Of a stretch of 64,000 bases of DNA, positions 1 to 8,916 are shown piece by piece. The DNA comes from Vulcanimicrobiota bacterium. GTDB lineage: Bacteria; Vulcanimicrobiota; Vulcanimicrobiia; Vulcanimicrobiales; Vulcanimicrobiaceae. Under the pieces are notes generated by a model, which saw only the letters and a list, made by a program, of their open reading frames with translations, had not been told where the DNA came from and made no database searches. Location of the stretch: the NCBI GenBank assembly GCA_963758805.1, contig CAVWWP010000002.1, positions 222,918 through 286,917 on the forward strand. Reading direction: 5' to 3'. A program made the translations under genes and the position numbers. Every line of letters starts with the position of its first letter. Position 1 is the first letter of the stretch.

Positions 1-90
1 CGAGAGCGATTCGGCCGCGATCATAGCGGCGAAGCTAAAGCCGGTGCGCTCCAGGAACGCTGCGCGGCCGCAGCTGCGTGACTCGGGCAT
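1..90 (-). CDS. First 30 codons of an unidentified gene that runs off the window edge
   Basis: ATG at 90..88 (MPESRSCGRAAFLERTGFSF...) with AAGGAG Shine-Dalgarno on the complement of 99..104. Too short to assign a family. Confidence 0.35.
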   Translation of the reverse strand, partial: MPESRSCGRAAFLERTGFSFAAMIAAESLS

Positions 91-160
91 GCTGAGGGCT
101 CCTTTCGTGAGCGTCGAGAAGTTGCGCATTCTTCGAGCAAACGCGTTCTCGGTGCAACCC

Positions 161-190
161 TTGCGTTCCCCGGCCTCAATGTGTTAGGCT
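161..190 (+). promoter_or_regulatory. Candidate sigma-70 promoter for rplJL (TTGCGT, 18-nt spacer, extended -10 TGtTAGGCT)
   Basis: TTGCGT 161..166, TG 182..183, TAGGCT 185..190. This leaves a ~135-nt leader before rplJ, where an L10-leader autoregulatory structure would be expected (not verified). Confidence 0.3.
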
Positions 191-331
191 AGCCGCGGTT
201 CCGAAGACTGTAGCCGACCGCAAGGTCTCAATGAATGACTACCGAGGACGCGATTCGCGACGCAGCCGGCGCACTGCCGGCCTTTGTTCGAGTTGAAGCG
301 CCCTCCGGAGCCGAAGGAGGGACCCCGCTCA

Positions 332-860
332 ATGCCGACCGCTCGCAAACAAGCTGCAATCGAAGAGCTGACCGCGAGGCTTGCCGCCGCGCAGAATCTG
401 TTTTTGACCGACTATGCGGGCTTGACGGTCGAGCAGATCACAAAGCTACGTGGCGAGTTGCGCAAAGACGGCAGCACGTACGCGGTTGTCAAGAACACGC
501 TCTTTCGCATCGCGGCCGGAGGATCTCGCTTCGCAACTCGAGTCGTTCCTCGCCGGCCCGACCGGCATCGTCTTTGCGGGTGCCGACCCGGTAGCGCCCG
601 CCAAAGCGCTCAAAACATTCAGCGACAGCGTCAAGAAGGTGGCCGTCAAGGCTGCCTATATCGACGGTAAACTAGTCGACGCCGCGCAAGTCGACAAGCT
701 GGCGAAGCTTCCGCCGAAGATCGAGCTCGTTGCGATGCTCGTCGGCACGCTCGCGAATCCATTGCGCGGCCTGCTCACGGTGCTATCGGGAAACCAGCGC
801 GGTCTGGTTCGCGTACTCGACGGCATACGCGAGCAAAAAGCCGGCGCATCCCACGCTTAG
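332..860 (+). pseudogene. rplJ: 50S ribosomal protein L10, frame broken by one extra nucleotide near 518 as assembled
   Basis: SD GAAGGAGG 313..320 and ATG 332. The N-half (MPTARKQAAIEELTARL...VVKNTLFRIAA) lies in the frame of ORF 284..670. The C-half (EDLASQLESFLAGPTGIVFAG...[14 protein letters not shown]) lies in the frame of ORF 450..860. The two halves are colinear with bacterial L10. Confidence 0.85.
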
Positions 861-879
861 TAAGGAGAACACGACCAAC

Positions 880-1251
880 ATGGCCCTGACCGACCTGATC
901 CAACAGATCGATAAACTCACCGTCCTCGAGCTCGCGGATCTCGTGAAACAGCTCGAAGAGAAGTACGGCGTCTCCGCCGCCGCGCCGGTCGCGGTCGTCG
1001 GCGCCGTCGGCGCTGCCGCTGCTGCACCCGAAGCTGAGAAGACCGAGTTCGACGTGATCTTGGCTGAAGCCGGACCCGAGAAAATTAAAGTCATCAAGGC
1101 CGTTCGCGAGCTTACGAGCCTCGGACTCACCGAAGCCAAAGCCTTCGTCGAAAGCGCGCCGAAGCCGGTGAAGGAAGGCGTGACGAAAGACGAAGCCGAG
1201 CAAGTCAAGAAGAAGCTTGAGGAAGCCGGCGCTAAGGTCGAGATCAAATAG
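880..1251 (+). CDS. rplL: 50S ribosomal protein L7/L12
   Basis: TAAGGAGA SD 861..868 and ATG 880. [31 protein letters not shown], an Ala-rich hinge, then [23 protein letters not shown]...[14 protein letters not shown]. Confidence 0.95.
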   Translation: MALTDLIQQIDKLTVLELADLVKQLEEKYGVSAAAPVAVVGAVGAAAAAPEAEKTEFDVILAEAGPEKIKVIKAVRELTSLGLTEAKAFVESAPKPVKEGVTKDEAEQVKKKLEEAGAKVEIK

Positions 1252-1316
1252 GCGCGCAAACGCTGGGTACCCCAGCATGGGCGCAGCTTCTGCCGCTCGT
1301 CATTGTCGTTGCCATC

Positions 1317-1781
1317 TTGGCCGTTCGGTTGTTGCGCCCCCAGCGCATCAGCGTGACGCGCATGTGGATCAGCCCGCTGATCCTATGCGCGCTGACGGCC
1401 TGGGTGATCTACGCCAACGGCCTGATGAATCCGTCGCCGCTTCCGCAAGTCGCCGTCAGCCTGCTCATCGGGGTTGTTCTCGGCATTCCATTCGGCATTC
1501 TGCGCGGAGCGCATACCGACGTCCGGCTGACCGATCGGCCGGGCGTGATGTATCTCGGTTCGTCGTGGGCGACCCTCGCCGTTTACATCGCCGCGTTCGG
1601 TCTGCGCTACGCGGTGCGGATCATGATGCCGCAGCACGGCAGCCTGTCGGGTGCCGTCGGCGACGCGCTGCTCGCCTTTGCCACGGCGTTCGTCGCCACG
1701 AGTTACTTCATCATCTTCCGGAAATACGAGGCCGAGCTCGCCGGAAAGATTGCGGCGCCACGGGCGCCGCCGGTTCCCTAG
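1317..1781 (+). CDS. Small integral membrane protein (tentatively CcdC/DUF1453-like); true start probably upstream
   Basis: Several hydrophobic helices. The first canonical start is TTG 1317, but hydrophobic coding ([16 protein letters not shown]) continues upstream in the same frame. Confidence 0.5.
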   Translation: MAVRLLRPQRISVTRMWISPLILCALTAWVIYANGLMNPSPLPQVAVSLLIGVVLGIPFGILRGAHTDVRLTDRPGVMYLGSSWATLAVYIAAFGLRYAVRIMMPQHGSLSGAVGDALLAFATAFVATSYFIIFRKYEAELAGKIAAPRAPPVP

Positions 1782-3892
1782 TGCGCTAGGAATCCGACCA
1801 ACAGCAGCGCGACGATGTTGAGCACCTTGATCATCGGGTTGATTGCCGGGCCGGCGGTGTCTTTGTAGGGGTCGCCTACCGTGTCGCCGGTGATCGCAGC
1901 TTGGTGCGCGATCGAACCCTTTCCGCCGTAGTTTCCCTCCTCGATGTACTTCTTCGCATTGTCCCACGCACCGCCGCCTGACGTAAACGAGACGGCGACG
2001 AAGAAGCCGGTCACGATCGAACCGACGAGGATGCCGCCCATGATCTGCGCGCCCGTATCGCCGGGCAGGATCCGAAAATACGAGAGCAGCACGACGAGTA
2101 CCGGCACGCCGACCGGAATCAACGCGGGCAAAATCATCTCGCGCAGCGCGGCGCGCGTGACGATGTCGACGGTCGTGCCGTAGTCTGGCCGAGCCGTTCC
2201 CTGCATAATGCCGGGAATCTCACGGAACTGTCGCCGCACTTCTTCGACGACCGCGCCCGCGGCGCGCCCGACCGCCTCCATCGAGAGCGATGCGAAGAGA
2301 TATGGCAGCAGGCCGCCGATGAAGAGGCCCGAGAGCACGAACGGATTTCCGATCGCGAAGAGATTACGAACCGCTTCAACGCACGGCCCGGCTTCCGCGG
2401 CGCCGCATTTGTGTTTGACGAGCTGTTCTAAGAACGATGCAAAAAGGACGACCGCGGCGAGTGCCGCCGATCCAATCGCATAACCCTTCGTCACCGCTTT
2501 GGTTGTGTTGCCCACGGCATCGAGCGGATCCGTCACATTGCGAACGCCCTCGGGCATATCGGCCATTTCGGCGATACCGCCGGCGTTGTCGGTTATGGGC
2601 CCGAAGGAGTCGATCGCAACGATGATGCCCGCCATCGAAAGCATCGCCACGGCGGCGATTCCGACGCCGTAGACGCCGGCTAGTCCGTAACTGACGAGTA
2701 TACCGATGACGATGATGATCGCTGGAAGCGCCGTCGCCTGCATCGAGACCGCGAGGCCGGCGATGATGTTGGTCGCGTGTCCCGTGACGGAAGCCTTCGC
2801 GATCCGTTGGACCGGCGCGAACTGCGCGCCCGTATAGTACTCGGTTACCAACGTGAGTAGCGCGGTGATGACAACGCCGATCAGCGCGCAGATGTATATC
2901 CCGAACTCATTGACATTCGCCGCGTCGTGGAAGACGTCGCGCGTTGCAAAGTGGAAGCCAATTAGAGCGAGAATGCTCGCTACGATCATGCCGCGATAGA
3001 GCGCCGCCATGATCTTGTTCCGGCTTACTCCGCCGATGCCGACGAAGATCGCGCCGACGATCGACGCAACGATCGATATCGCGCCGAGCAGTATGGGGAA
3101 CGTCGTCGCGCCCGGCAGCGTCGTTCCGAAGACGAGATTGCCGAGCAGCATAGCCGCGACGGTCGTGACGCAGTAGGTTTCGAAAAGGTCGGCCGCCATG
3201 CCGGCGCAGTCACCGACGTTATCCCCGACGTTGTCGGCGATGACGGCCGGATTGCGTGGGTCGTCCTCGGGAATTCCGGCCTCAACTTTTCCGACGAGGT
3301 CGGCGCCGACGTCGGCCGCTTTCGTATAGATACCGCCGCCCAACCGAGCAAAGACGGAGATGAGCGAACAGCCGAAGGCGAGCCCGACCATCGCATTGAG
3401 CGACGTGGTCGCGTCGCCGTTGTTGACGTGCAAGAGTACTGCGTAGTAGCCGGAGACGGCAAGCAATCCAAGGCCAACGACGAGCATCCCCGTGACGGAG
3501 CCGCCGCGGAACGCGACGTGCAGGGCGGGCGCGAGGCCGCCGCGCGCCGCTTCAGCCGTACGGACGTTCGCCCGCACCGAGACGATCATGCCGATGAATC
3601 CTGCCGCACCCGAGAGGATCGCGCCAATCAAGAAGCCGATTGCGGCCTGCTTCCCGAGCGTCGGCGCGAAGAGAATAATGATCGCGAGAATGACCGCGAC
3701 GATTGCAATCGTACGGTATTGGCGCTGCAAGAAGGCCATTGCGCCTTCCTGAATTGCAGCTGCGATGTCGCGCATCCGTTGGTTGCCGGCCGGTTGCGCC
3801 AGCACCCAAAAGGTCAATGCGATGCCGTAGACCACGGCCAGCACGCCACCAATCAATCCGGAGACAATCGCTGTCTGTGCGGTCATTTCCAT
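1778..3892 (-). CDS. hppA: Membrane-bound proton-translocating pyrophosphatase, K+-independent type
   Basis: 704 aa, many TM helices. Motifs [41 protein letters not shown] and [17 protein letters not shown] (Lys in the GNTT-K-A motif marks the K+-independent class). Confidence 0.95.
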   Translation of the reverse strand: MEMTAQTAIVSGLIGGVLAVVYGIALTFWVLAQPAGNQRMRDIAAAIQEGAMAFLQRQYRTIAIVAVILAIIILFAPTLGKQAAIGFLIGAILSGAAGFIGMIVSVRANVRTAEAARGGLAPALHVAFRGGSVTGMLVVGLGLLAVSGYYAVLLHVNNGDATTSLNAMVGLAFGCSLISVFARLGGGIYTKAADVGADLVGKVEAGIPEDDPRNPAVIADNVGDNVGDCAGMAADLFETYCVTTVAAMLLGNLVFGTTLPGATTFPILLGAISIVASIVGAIFVGIGGVSRNKIMAALYRGMIVASILALIGFHFATRDVFHDAANVNEFGIYICALIGVVITALLTLVTEYYTGAQFAPVQRIAKASVTGHATNIIAGLAVSMQATALPAIIIVIGILVSYGLAGVYGVGIAAVAMLSMAGIIVAIDSFGPITDNAGGIAEMADMPEGVRNVTDPLDAVGNTTKAVTKGYAIGSAALAAVVLFASFLEQLVKHKCGAAEAGPCVEAVRNLFAIGNPFVLSGLFIGGLLPYLFASLSMEAVGRAAGAVVEEVRRQFREIPGIMQGTARPDYGTTVDIVTRAALREMILPALIPVGVPVLVVLLSYFRILPGDTGAQIMGGILVGSIVTGFFVAVSFTSGGGAWDNAKKYIEEGNYGGKGSIAHQAAITGDTVGDPYKDTAGPAINPMIKVLNIVALLLVGFLAH

Positions 3893-4135
3893 CCTCGGTT
3901 AAGGCGATGTAAAAAGAGTGGCCCAGCAGGGCCGAGCGGGCAGCCTACTCCGCAGAACGCGCTAAGTCCTCTGCCCCTACAAGGCTGCCAAGGTGCGGTG
4001 CGACGAGCGGCGCCAGGCTCGCTACGGCTTGCTTTTTCGCACCTTGCGAGGACTCCGCGCTTCGCCGAGGTATTGCAGCGAGAAGATTGCGAACGAACGA
4101 TGAGGGGAGCGAGCTCTCGCGGGGTGTAGGGTAGC

Positions 4136-4894
4136 ATGCAGCACGCGATGCCGTTGCGCCGATACACGATCGGCGGCGAGAGTCTTTCCCGCGATGAGGT
4201 CATTCACAAGTATCTGCATCTCGTGAAGTACGTTGCGGGTCGCATCTCCATGAGCTTGCCGGCCAACGTCGAGATCGACGACCTGATCAATGACGGCATT
4301 TTTGGCCTCATCGACGCCATTGAGAAGTACGACAACACCCGGGCGGTTAAGTTCGAGACGTACGCGATCACGCGCATCAACGGCGCGATCCTCGATGCAC
4401 TGCGTTCGCTCGACTGGGTTCCGCGCGGTCTGCGGCAGAAAGCGCGCGAGCTCGAACGCGCTTCGCAACAGTTGGAGGCCGAGCTCGGGCGGATGCCGCG
4501 CAACGACGAGATCGCGGAGCGCATGGGGCTCTCGCTCACCGAGTTCGATCACCTCATCGCGCGCGTAAAAGGCAGCGCGGTCGTGTCGCTGGAGGAAGCG
4601 CTGCCCACCAAGCGCGGACACGAGGTCTCGCTCGCGGAGACACTCGAGGACAAAGGGATCGATGTGACGAGCGAGTTCGAACAGCAGGAAATCCGCGCTG
4701 AGCTCGTTCGCGCAGTCGAAGCGCTCTCGCCGCAAGAGCGCACCGTGATCCGGCTCTACTACTTCGAGGGACAGACGCTCAAACAGATCAAGGGAACCTT
4801 GGGCGTTTCGGAATCCCGCGTCTCGCAGATCCACGCGCAGGGCGTCGTCCACTTGCGCCAGCGTTTGCTCGACCTCCGCGCGGAGCTCGGCTAG
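4136..4894 (+). CDS. fliA: Sigma-28 (FliA/WhiG family) RNA polymerase sigma factor
   Basis: DDLINDGIFGLIDAIEKYD, YAITRINGAILDALRSLDWVPRGLRQKAREL (close to the FliA signature) and a region-4 HTH (QTLKQIKGTLGVSESRVSQIH). Confidence 0.8.
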   Translation: MQHAMPLRRYTIGGESLSRDEVIHKYLHLVKYVAGRISMSLPANVEIDDLINDGIFGLIDAIEKYDNTRAVKFETYAITRINGAILDALRSLDWVPRGLRQKARELERASQQLEAELGRMPRNDEIAERMGLSLTEFDHLIARVKGSAVVSLEEALPTKRGHEVSLAETLEDKGIDVTSEFEQQEIRAELVRAVEALSPQERTVIRLYYFEGQTLKQIKGTLGVSESRVSQIHAQGVVHLRQRLLDLRAELG

Positions 4895-6132
4895 GTACCC
4901 GCTTCAACGAAGCTTGCGTTGCGCGCTTCGTCGCGCACCAGATAACCGAGTGCGCTCAGCGCAAAGACGCACAACAATACGCCGAGAACCGGCCACGCCA
5001 TTGCGGCAGCATAGTTGAAGAGCCCGCCTGCTAACGGAAGACGCTGTGCGAGCGTTGCTTCGAGCTGTGCGACCGGGGACGCAAAGAGGTTGCCTAACTG
5101 GTAAGTGAAGCCGGGAAACGTGCCTCGCGCGCCGGGCGGAGAGAGCTCGTTGAGATGCGCGGGAATGACGCCCCAGCAGCCTTGGATGGCGAACTGTATG
5201 ACGAACGCGCCCGCCGCTAGCCAGAGCGCCGACGGACCGAAAGCCCAGAGCGGGATCGCGCACGCGGCGAGCACGGCGCAAAGCATCACGATGGGGCGCC
5301 GGCCCAGCCGTTGCGAGAGTGTCCCAAAGGTCATGCTGCCGGTCATCGCGCCGAACGCCGCTACGATCGCAAGCGTCGCGGTGGTACCGGCCGCAAAGCC
5401 GCGCTGTTTCTGCAGGAACGTGGCGTACAGATCTTGCGTCCCGTGCGACATGCCGTTAAGCGCGGTCATGAATACAACGGTGTAGACGAAAAGCGGCCAG
5501 TGCGCGAGCACCGATCGAATCTGAAGCCTCCGCGGCCGCGCGTCGTTGCGCGCGCGGGCGGCTAACCACGCGGGCGATTCCGGTACGCTCGAACGAATGA
5601 AGAAAATGAGCAACGCCGGCAGCGTGCCGATGACGAAGAGAGCACGCCAGTCCCAGTGCGTGAAGTGGAAGACGACGAAGTATGCCAGCGCGGCGAGCAG
5701 ATAGCCGGCCATGTATCCGCTCTGGAGAATACCGCTAAAGACGCCGCGGCGTTGTGGCGGGAGCGCTTCCATCGTCATCGCAGCGCCTAGGCCCCATTCG
5801 CCGCCCATTGCAACGCCGTAGAGCGCGCGAAGAAGGAGAAACGTTGCGAAGTTCGGCGAGAATGCCGTGAGCAACTCGACGAGCGAGTAGAACGCAATGT
5901 CGATCATCAACGGCGCTCGGCGGCCATAACGATCGCCGAGCCAACCGAAGAGCAGGGCGCCAAGTGGCCGGCACATCAACGTCAGCGTGATCGCGAACGC
6001 TACCTCGGTGATGGCGACGCTAAACGTCGCCGCGACTCTTGTGATGACGAATGTAAGAAGAAAAAAGTCGAACGCGTCGAGCGCCCAACCCAGGTAGCTC
6101 GCGATGAAGGTGTTACGAGCGGCGGCTGTCAG
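4891..6132 (-). CDS. MFS transporter (metabolite:H+ symporter-like); no canonical start codon for the full N-terminus
   Basis: 12-TM style sequence with GWLGDRYGRR and GGEWG motifs. MFS-like N-terminus (TFIASYLGWALDAFDFF) extends upstream of the first ATG/GTG/TTG (5979), up to the TAA at 6141..6139. The only candidate start is CTG 6132..6130. Confidence 0.75.
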   Translation of the reverse strand: MTAAARNTFIASYLGWALDAFDFFLLTFVITRVAATFSVAITEVAFAITLTLMCRPLGALLFGWLGDRYGRRAPLMIDIAFYSLVELLTAFSPNFATFLLLRALYGVAMGGEWGLGAAMTMEALPPQRRGVFSGILQSGYMAGYLLAALAYFVVFHFTHWDWRALFVIGTLPALLIFFIRSSVPESPAWLAARARNDARPRRLQIRSVLAHWPLFVYTVVFMTALNGMSHGTQDLYATFLQKQRGFAAGTTATLAIVAAFGAMTGSMTFGTLSQRLGRRPIVMLCAVLAACAIPLWAFGPSALWLAAGAFVIQFAIQGCWGVIPAHLNELSPPGARGTFPGFTYQLGNLFASPVAQLEATLAQRLPLAGGLFNYAAAMAWPVLGVLLCVFALSALGYLVRDEARNASFVEAGT

Positions 6133-6138
6133 CGCTGC

Positions 6139-7062
6139 TTACGGGGATGACGAGGCGCTTGATGATGGAGAGGGCGAAGCGGCGGGCGTCGGCGACGGCG
6201 TCGGGGTGCTTCCAGGCGGAAGCTGCGCGCCGTACATTGCCAGCAACCAGATCTGTCCGTGTCTGACCGTTACTTTCGGCACGTTGAATGTAAACTGTAC
6301 CGTCGAGCTGCCGGGTGCCGTCCACTTTGCGTAGCTGGCGAGGATTTGATCCGTCCGCTTCCCGCGGAGGTAGGTTTCGTTGTAGAGCTGCAACGCGAAG
6401 ACGCGGCCCGCGTACTGCATTGCGGGGAGCGTGTACTGCGCCAAGGCGCCGCCGGAAAGGTGGAAATCCGTGTCGCTCTGCAGCCGAATCGCGACGAGCG
6501 GCGTGATGCGCATGAGCCGTGTATCGGGATTCGACATCGCCGGAACGTCTTTGGGCAGCGGCTCGACCTGCATCGTGATCGTGCCCGGCGGCGTCGGCGA
6601 GGGCGATGCCGAGTCGTCGTCGTCGCTGTCGTCTGAGTCGGAGCTCGGCTGCGCAGTCGGCGTGGCAGTCGGCGTCGGCGAGGGCGTGGGCTTCGAACTG
6701 CCGCTCGACGCCGGCGCCGGTGTCGGCACGTTGAACGCAAGCGAGCACGTATACTGCTGGTTATATTGCAGCACGTTGGGACACTTCATCCCGCTGGGCC
6801 CTTGCCCGACGGGGTACTGCGCTTCATTCGGCGGCAGCGTCGCGCCGGGATTTGCAAGCTCGGCTTGTCCGTTGGCAGAGATCGTCGGGCCGTTCATCTC
6901 GCCCTGCTCCTCGCCCGGCTGCGTCGCATTGCTCCCATTAATCGAGCCGGGCTGCGAGACCGGCGGCGACATGTCGCCCATCCCGCTGTCGAGGCCGGAG
7001 CCTTGACAGGAGGCGAGCACGAGCGCGAGGGCCGCAAATGCGGCGCGGAGATCGAATCTCAT
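6139..7062 (-). CDS. Secreted lipoprotein, Ser/Pro/Thr/Asp-rich low-complexity linkers, function unknown
   Basis: Signal peptide plus lipobox MRFDLRAAFAALALVLASC. PTPSPTPTATPT and DSDDSDDDDS tracts. Confidence 0.6.
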   Translation of the reverse strand: MRFDLRAAFAALALVLASCQGSGLDSGMGDMSPPVSQPGSINGSNATQPGEEQGEMNGPTISANGQAELANPGATLPPNEAQYPVGQGPSGMKCPNVLQYNQQYTCSLAFNVPTPAPASSGSSKPTPSPTPTATPTAQPSSDSDDSDDDDSASPSPTPPGTITMQVEPLPKDVPAMSNPDTRLMRITPLVAIRLQSDTDFHLSGGALAQYTLPAMQYAGRVFALQLYNETYLRGKRTDQILASYAKWTAPGSSTVQFTFNVPKVTVRHGQIWLLAMYGAQLPPGSTPTPSPTPAASPSPSSSASSSP

Positions 7063-7065
7063 CCT

Positions 7066-8811
7066 TTATTCTTTTGCCCCGATGACGGTGCGTAGCTCCT
7101 CGGCGAAGGACTCGATCGAGAGTGTCCGCTTCTCTTCGCGGCCGCGTTGATTGACGTTGACGGTCCCGTCTGCGAGCTCTTGTGCCCCCACAACCAAAAT
7201 GTAAGGGACTTTCTCTTTCTTCCAGTGCCGAATTTTGTATCCGAGTTTCTCATTCGTTTCGTCCACCGCGATGCGAAAGCCCGCCCCTTCGAGCCGTGCG
7301 CCCACCTCGCGCGCGTACTCGGCCTGGTGCTCCGAGATCGGCACCACGACCGTCTGGACGGGCGCGAGCCAAGCGGGGAAGGCGCCGGCGAAGTGCTCGA
7401 TGACGATACCAAAGAAACGTTCGAGCGAGCCGGCAAGTGCCCGATGTATCATTACTGGGGGGTGGTCGGCCCCATCGGCTGCCCGGTATTTGAGCCCAAA
7501 GCGGGCCGGCAAGAGGAAGTCGACTTGGACCGTCCCCAGCTGCCACGGCCGGCCGATCGCATCGCGAACGTTGATGTCGAGCTTGGGGCCATAGAAGGCG
7601 CCACCGCCCTCGTCGATCTCGAACGGCAGCCCGTAGCGCTCGAGCGCCTTGCGGATTGCCGCCTCGGCAATAACGTCGCTCTCACTTCGCTTCGCCGGAT
7701 CGCGCGTCGAGAGCACGTAGGTGAAGTCGGTGAAGCGGAAGGCTTTCATGAGCCGCAGCGCCTCGTCGAGCGTTAGCTCGAACTCTCCCTGAAGCTGCTC
7801 GGGCGTACAGAAGAGGTGCGCGTCGTCTTGCGTAAAGCCGCGAACGCGCGTCAAACCATGCAGCACGCCCGAACGCTCGAAGCGATAGACGGTGCCGAAC
7901 TCGGAGAACCGGATCGGAAGGTCCCGATAGCTGCGTAACCGGCTCTTATAAATGAGGATGTGGCCCGGGCAGTTCATCGGCTTGAGCCGGAAGCGCTGCT
8001 CTTCGACCTCGAGCGGACCGAACATATTCTCGCTGAAGTTTTCGAGATGCCCGGAGATTTCATAAAGGCGTTCGCTCACGACGTGCGGCGTGACGACGGG
8101 TTGATAGCCGCGTTCGCGCAGGCCGTCGCGGATGAACTGCTCGATAACGCCGCGCACGATCGCGCCCTTTGGATGCCAGAAGATCAGTCCGCCGCCGGCT
8201 TCGTCCTCCACGGAGAAGAGATCGAGCTCTGCGCCGAGCTTGCGATGATCGCGCCGCTGTGCCTCCTCGATCTGCGCGAGATAGGCATCGAGTTGCTCGC
8301 GATCGTACCATGCGGTCCCGTAGATCCGCTGCAGCATCGGATTGCGCTCGTCGCCGCGCCAGTACGCGCCGGCGACACTGGTGAGCTTGAACGCGCCGAT
8401 CGCCCCGGTCGAGCTTGCGTGACCGCCACGGCAAAGATCCGTGAAAGCGCCGATCGTGTAAAGCGTAATCGCCTCGCCTTCGGGAATCTCGCGGGCAATC
8501 TCGATTTTGTATGGGTTGCCGGCGAATGCTGCGATAGCGTCATCGCGGCTTACGGCGCGCCCAACCATCGGATAATCGGCCGCAACGATCTCGTTCATCC
8601 GCGCCTGCAGGCGCTCTAAGTCCTCGGGCGTGAACGGCTCGGTCCGGTCGAAATCGTAGTAGAAGCCGTTCTCAATGGCGGGGCCGATTGTCGGTTTCGC
8701 ATCCGGAAAGAGCTCCACGACGGCATACGCCAGCACGTGAGCGGCCGTATGGCGCAGCTCGGGCAAGGACGGCCGCCGCACCTCGACGTGCGACTTAGGG
8801 GGGACCGGCAT
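7066..8811 (-). CDS. thrS: Threonine--tRNA ligase (short form without N-terminal TGS domain)
   Basis: HTAAHVLAYAV and GPAIENGFYYDFD (editing domain), RDHRKLGAELDLF, class II catalytic core and anticodon-binding domain. 581 aa. Confidence 0.95.
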   Translation of the reverse strand: MPVPPKSHVEVRRPSLPELRHTAAHVLAYAVVELFPDAKPTIGPAIENGFYYDFDRTEPFTPEDLERLQARMNEIVAADYPMVGRAVSRDDAIAAFAGNPYKIEIAREIPEGEAITLYTIGAFTDLCRGGHASSTGAIGAFKLTSVAGAYWRGDERNPMLQRIYGTAWYDREQLDAYLAQIEEAQRRDHRKLGAELDLFSVEDEAGGGLIFWHPKGAIVRGVIEQFIRDGLRERGYQPVVTPHVVSERLYEISGHLENFSENMFGPLEVEEQRFRLKPMNCPGHILIYKSRLRSYRDLPIRFSEFGTVYRFERSGVLHGLTRVRGFTQDDAHLFCTPEQLQGEFELTLDEALRLMKAFRFTDFTYVLSTRDPAKRSESDVIAEAAIRKALERYGLPFEIDEGGGAFYGPKLDINVRDAIGRPWQLGTVQVDFLLPARFGLKYRAADGADHPPVMIHRALAGSLERFFGIVIEHFAGAFPAWLAPVQTVVVPISEHQAEYAREVGARLEGAGFRIAVDETNEKLGYKIRHWKKEKVPYILVVGAQELADGTVNVNQRGREEKRTLSIESFAEELRTVIGAKE

Positions 8812-8853
8812 GGGGACGGCGCTTCGGCGGTCGCGTGGCCCGAGGCCTGTGCC

Positions 8854-8885
8854 TTAACGTCATGTTAATCGGCTTAGATTACAAC
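8854..8885 (+). promoter_or_regulatory. Candidate Pho-box-like direct repeats upstream of pstS
   Basis: TTAACG (8854), TTAATC (8865), TTAGAT (8874), TACAAC (8880). TTAAC-like hexamers sit about one helical turn apart, 30-60 nt upstream of the pstS start. Resemblance only. Confidence 0.25.
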
Positions 8886-8916
8886 TAGAACAAACCTTCG
8901 CTATAAGGAGTCCTTC

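Noticed and set aside
505-530. Programmed ribosomal frameshifting in rplJ (and queG).
   Set aside because: There is no slippery heptamer, shifty stop or stimulatory SD-like element at either site. Both breaks are explained by one extra G in a G run, so sequencing or assembly error is the simpler reading.
4891-4894. A shared CTAG serves as the stop codon for both convergent genes (fliA and MFS). Other 4-nt and 8-nt gene overlaps occur across the window.
   Set aside because: This is common compact-genome geometry. It was used only as operon evidence and is not a finding in itself.
6130-7062. Stop-codon read-through producing a lipoprotein-MFS fusion (the two ORFs are in frame across one TAA).
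   Set aside because: A lipid-anchored Ser/Pro-rich secreted protein fused to the cytoplasmic N-terminus of a 12-TM transporter makes no topological sense. TAA is the least leaky stop codon. The in-frame arrangement is treated as coincidence.
8812-8916. T-box or other leader regulating thrS.
   Set aside because: Only about 100 nt separate thrS from the divergent pstS. That is too short for a T-box, and no specifier/T-box sequence was seen.
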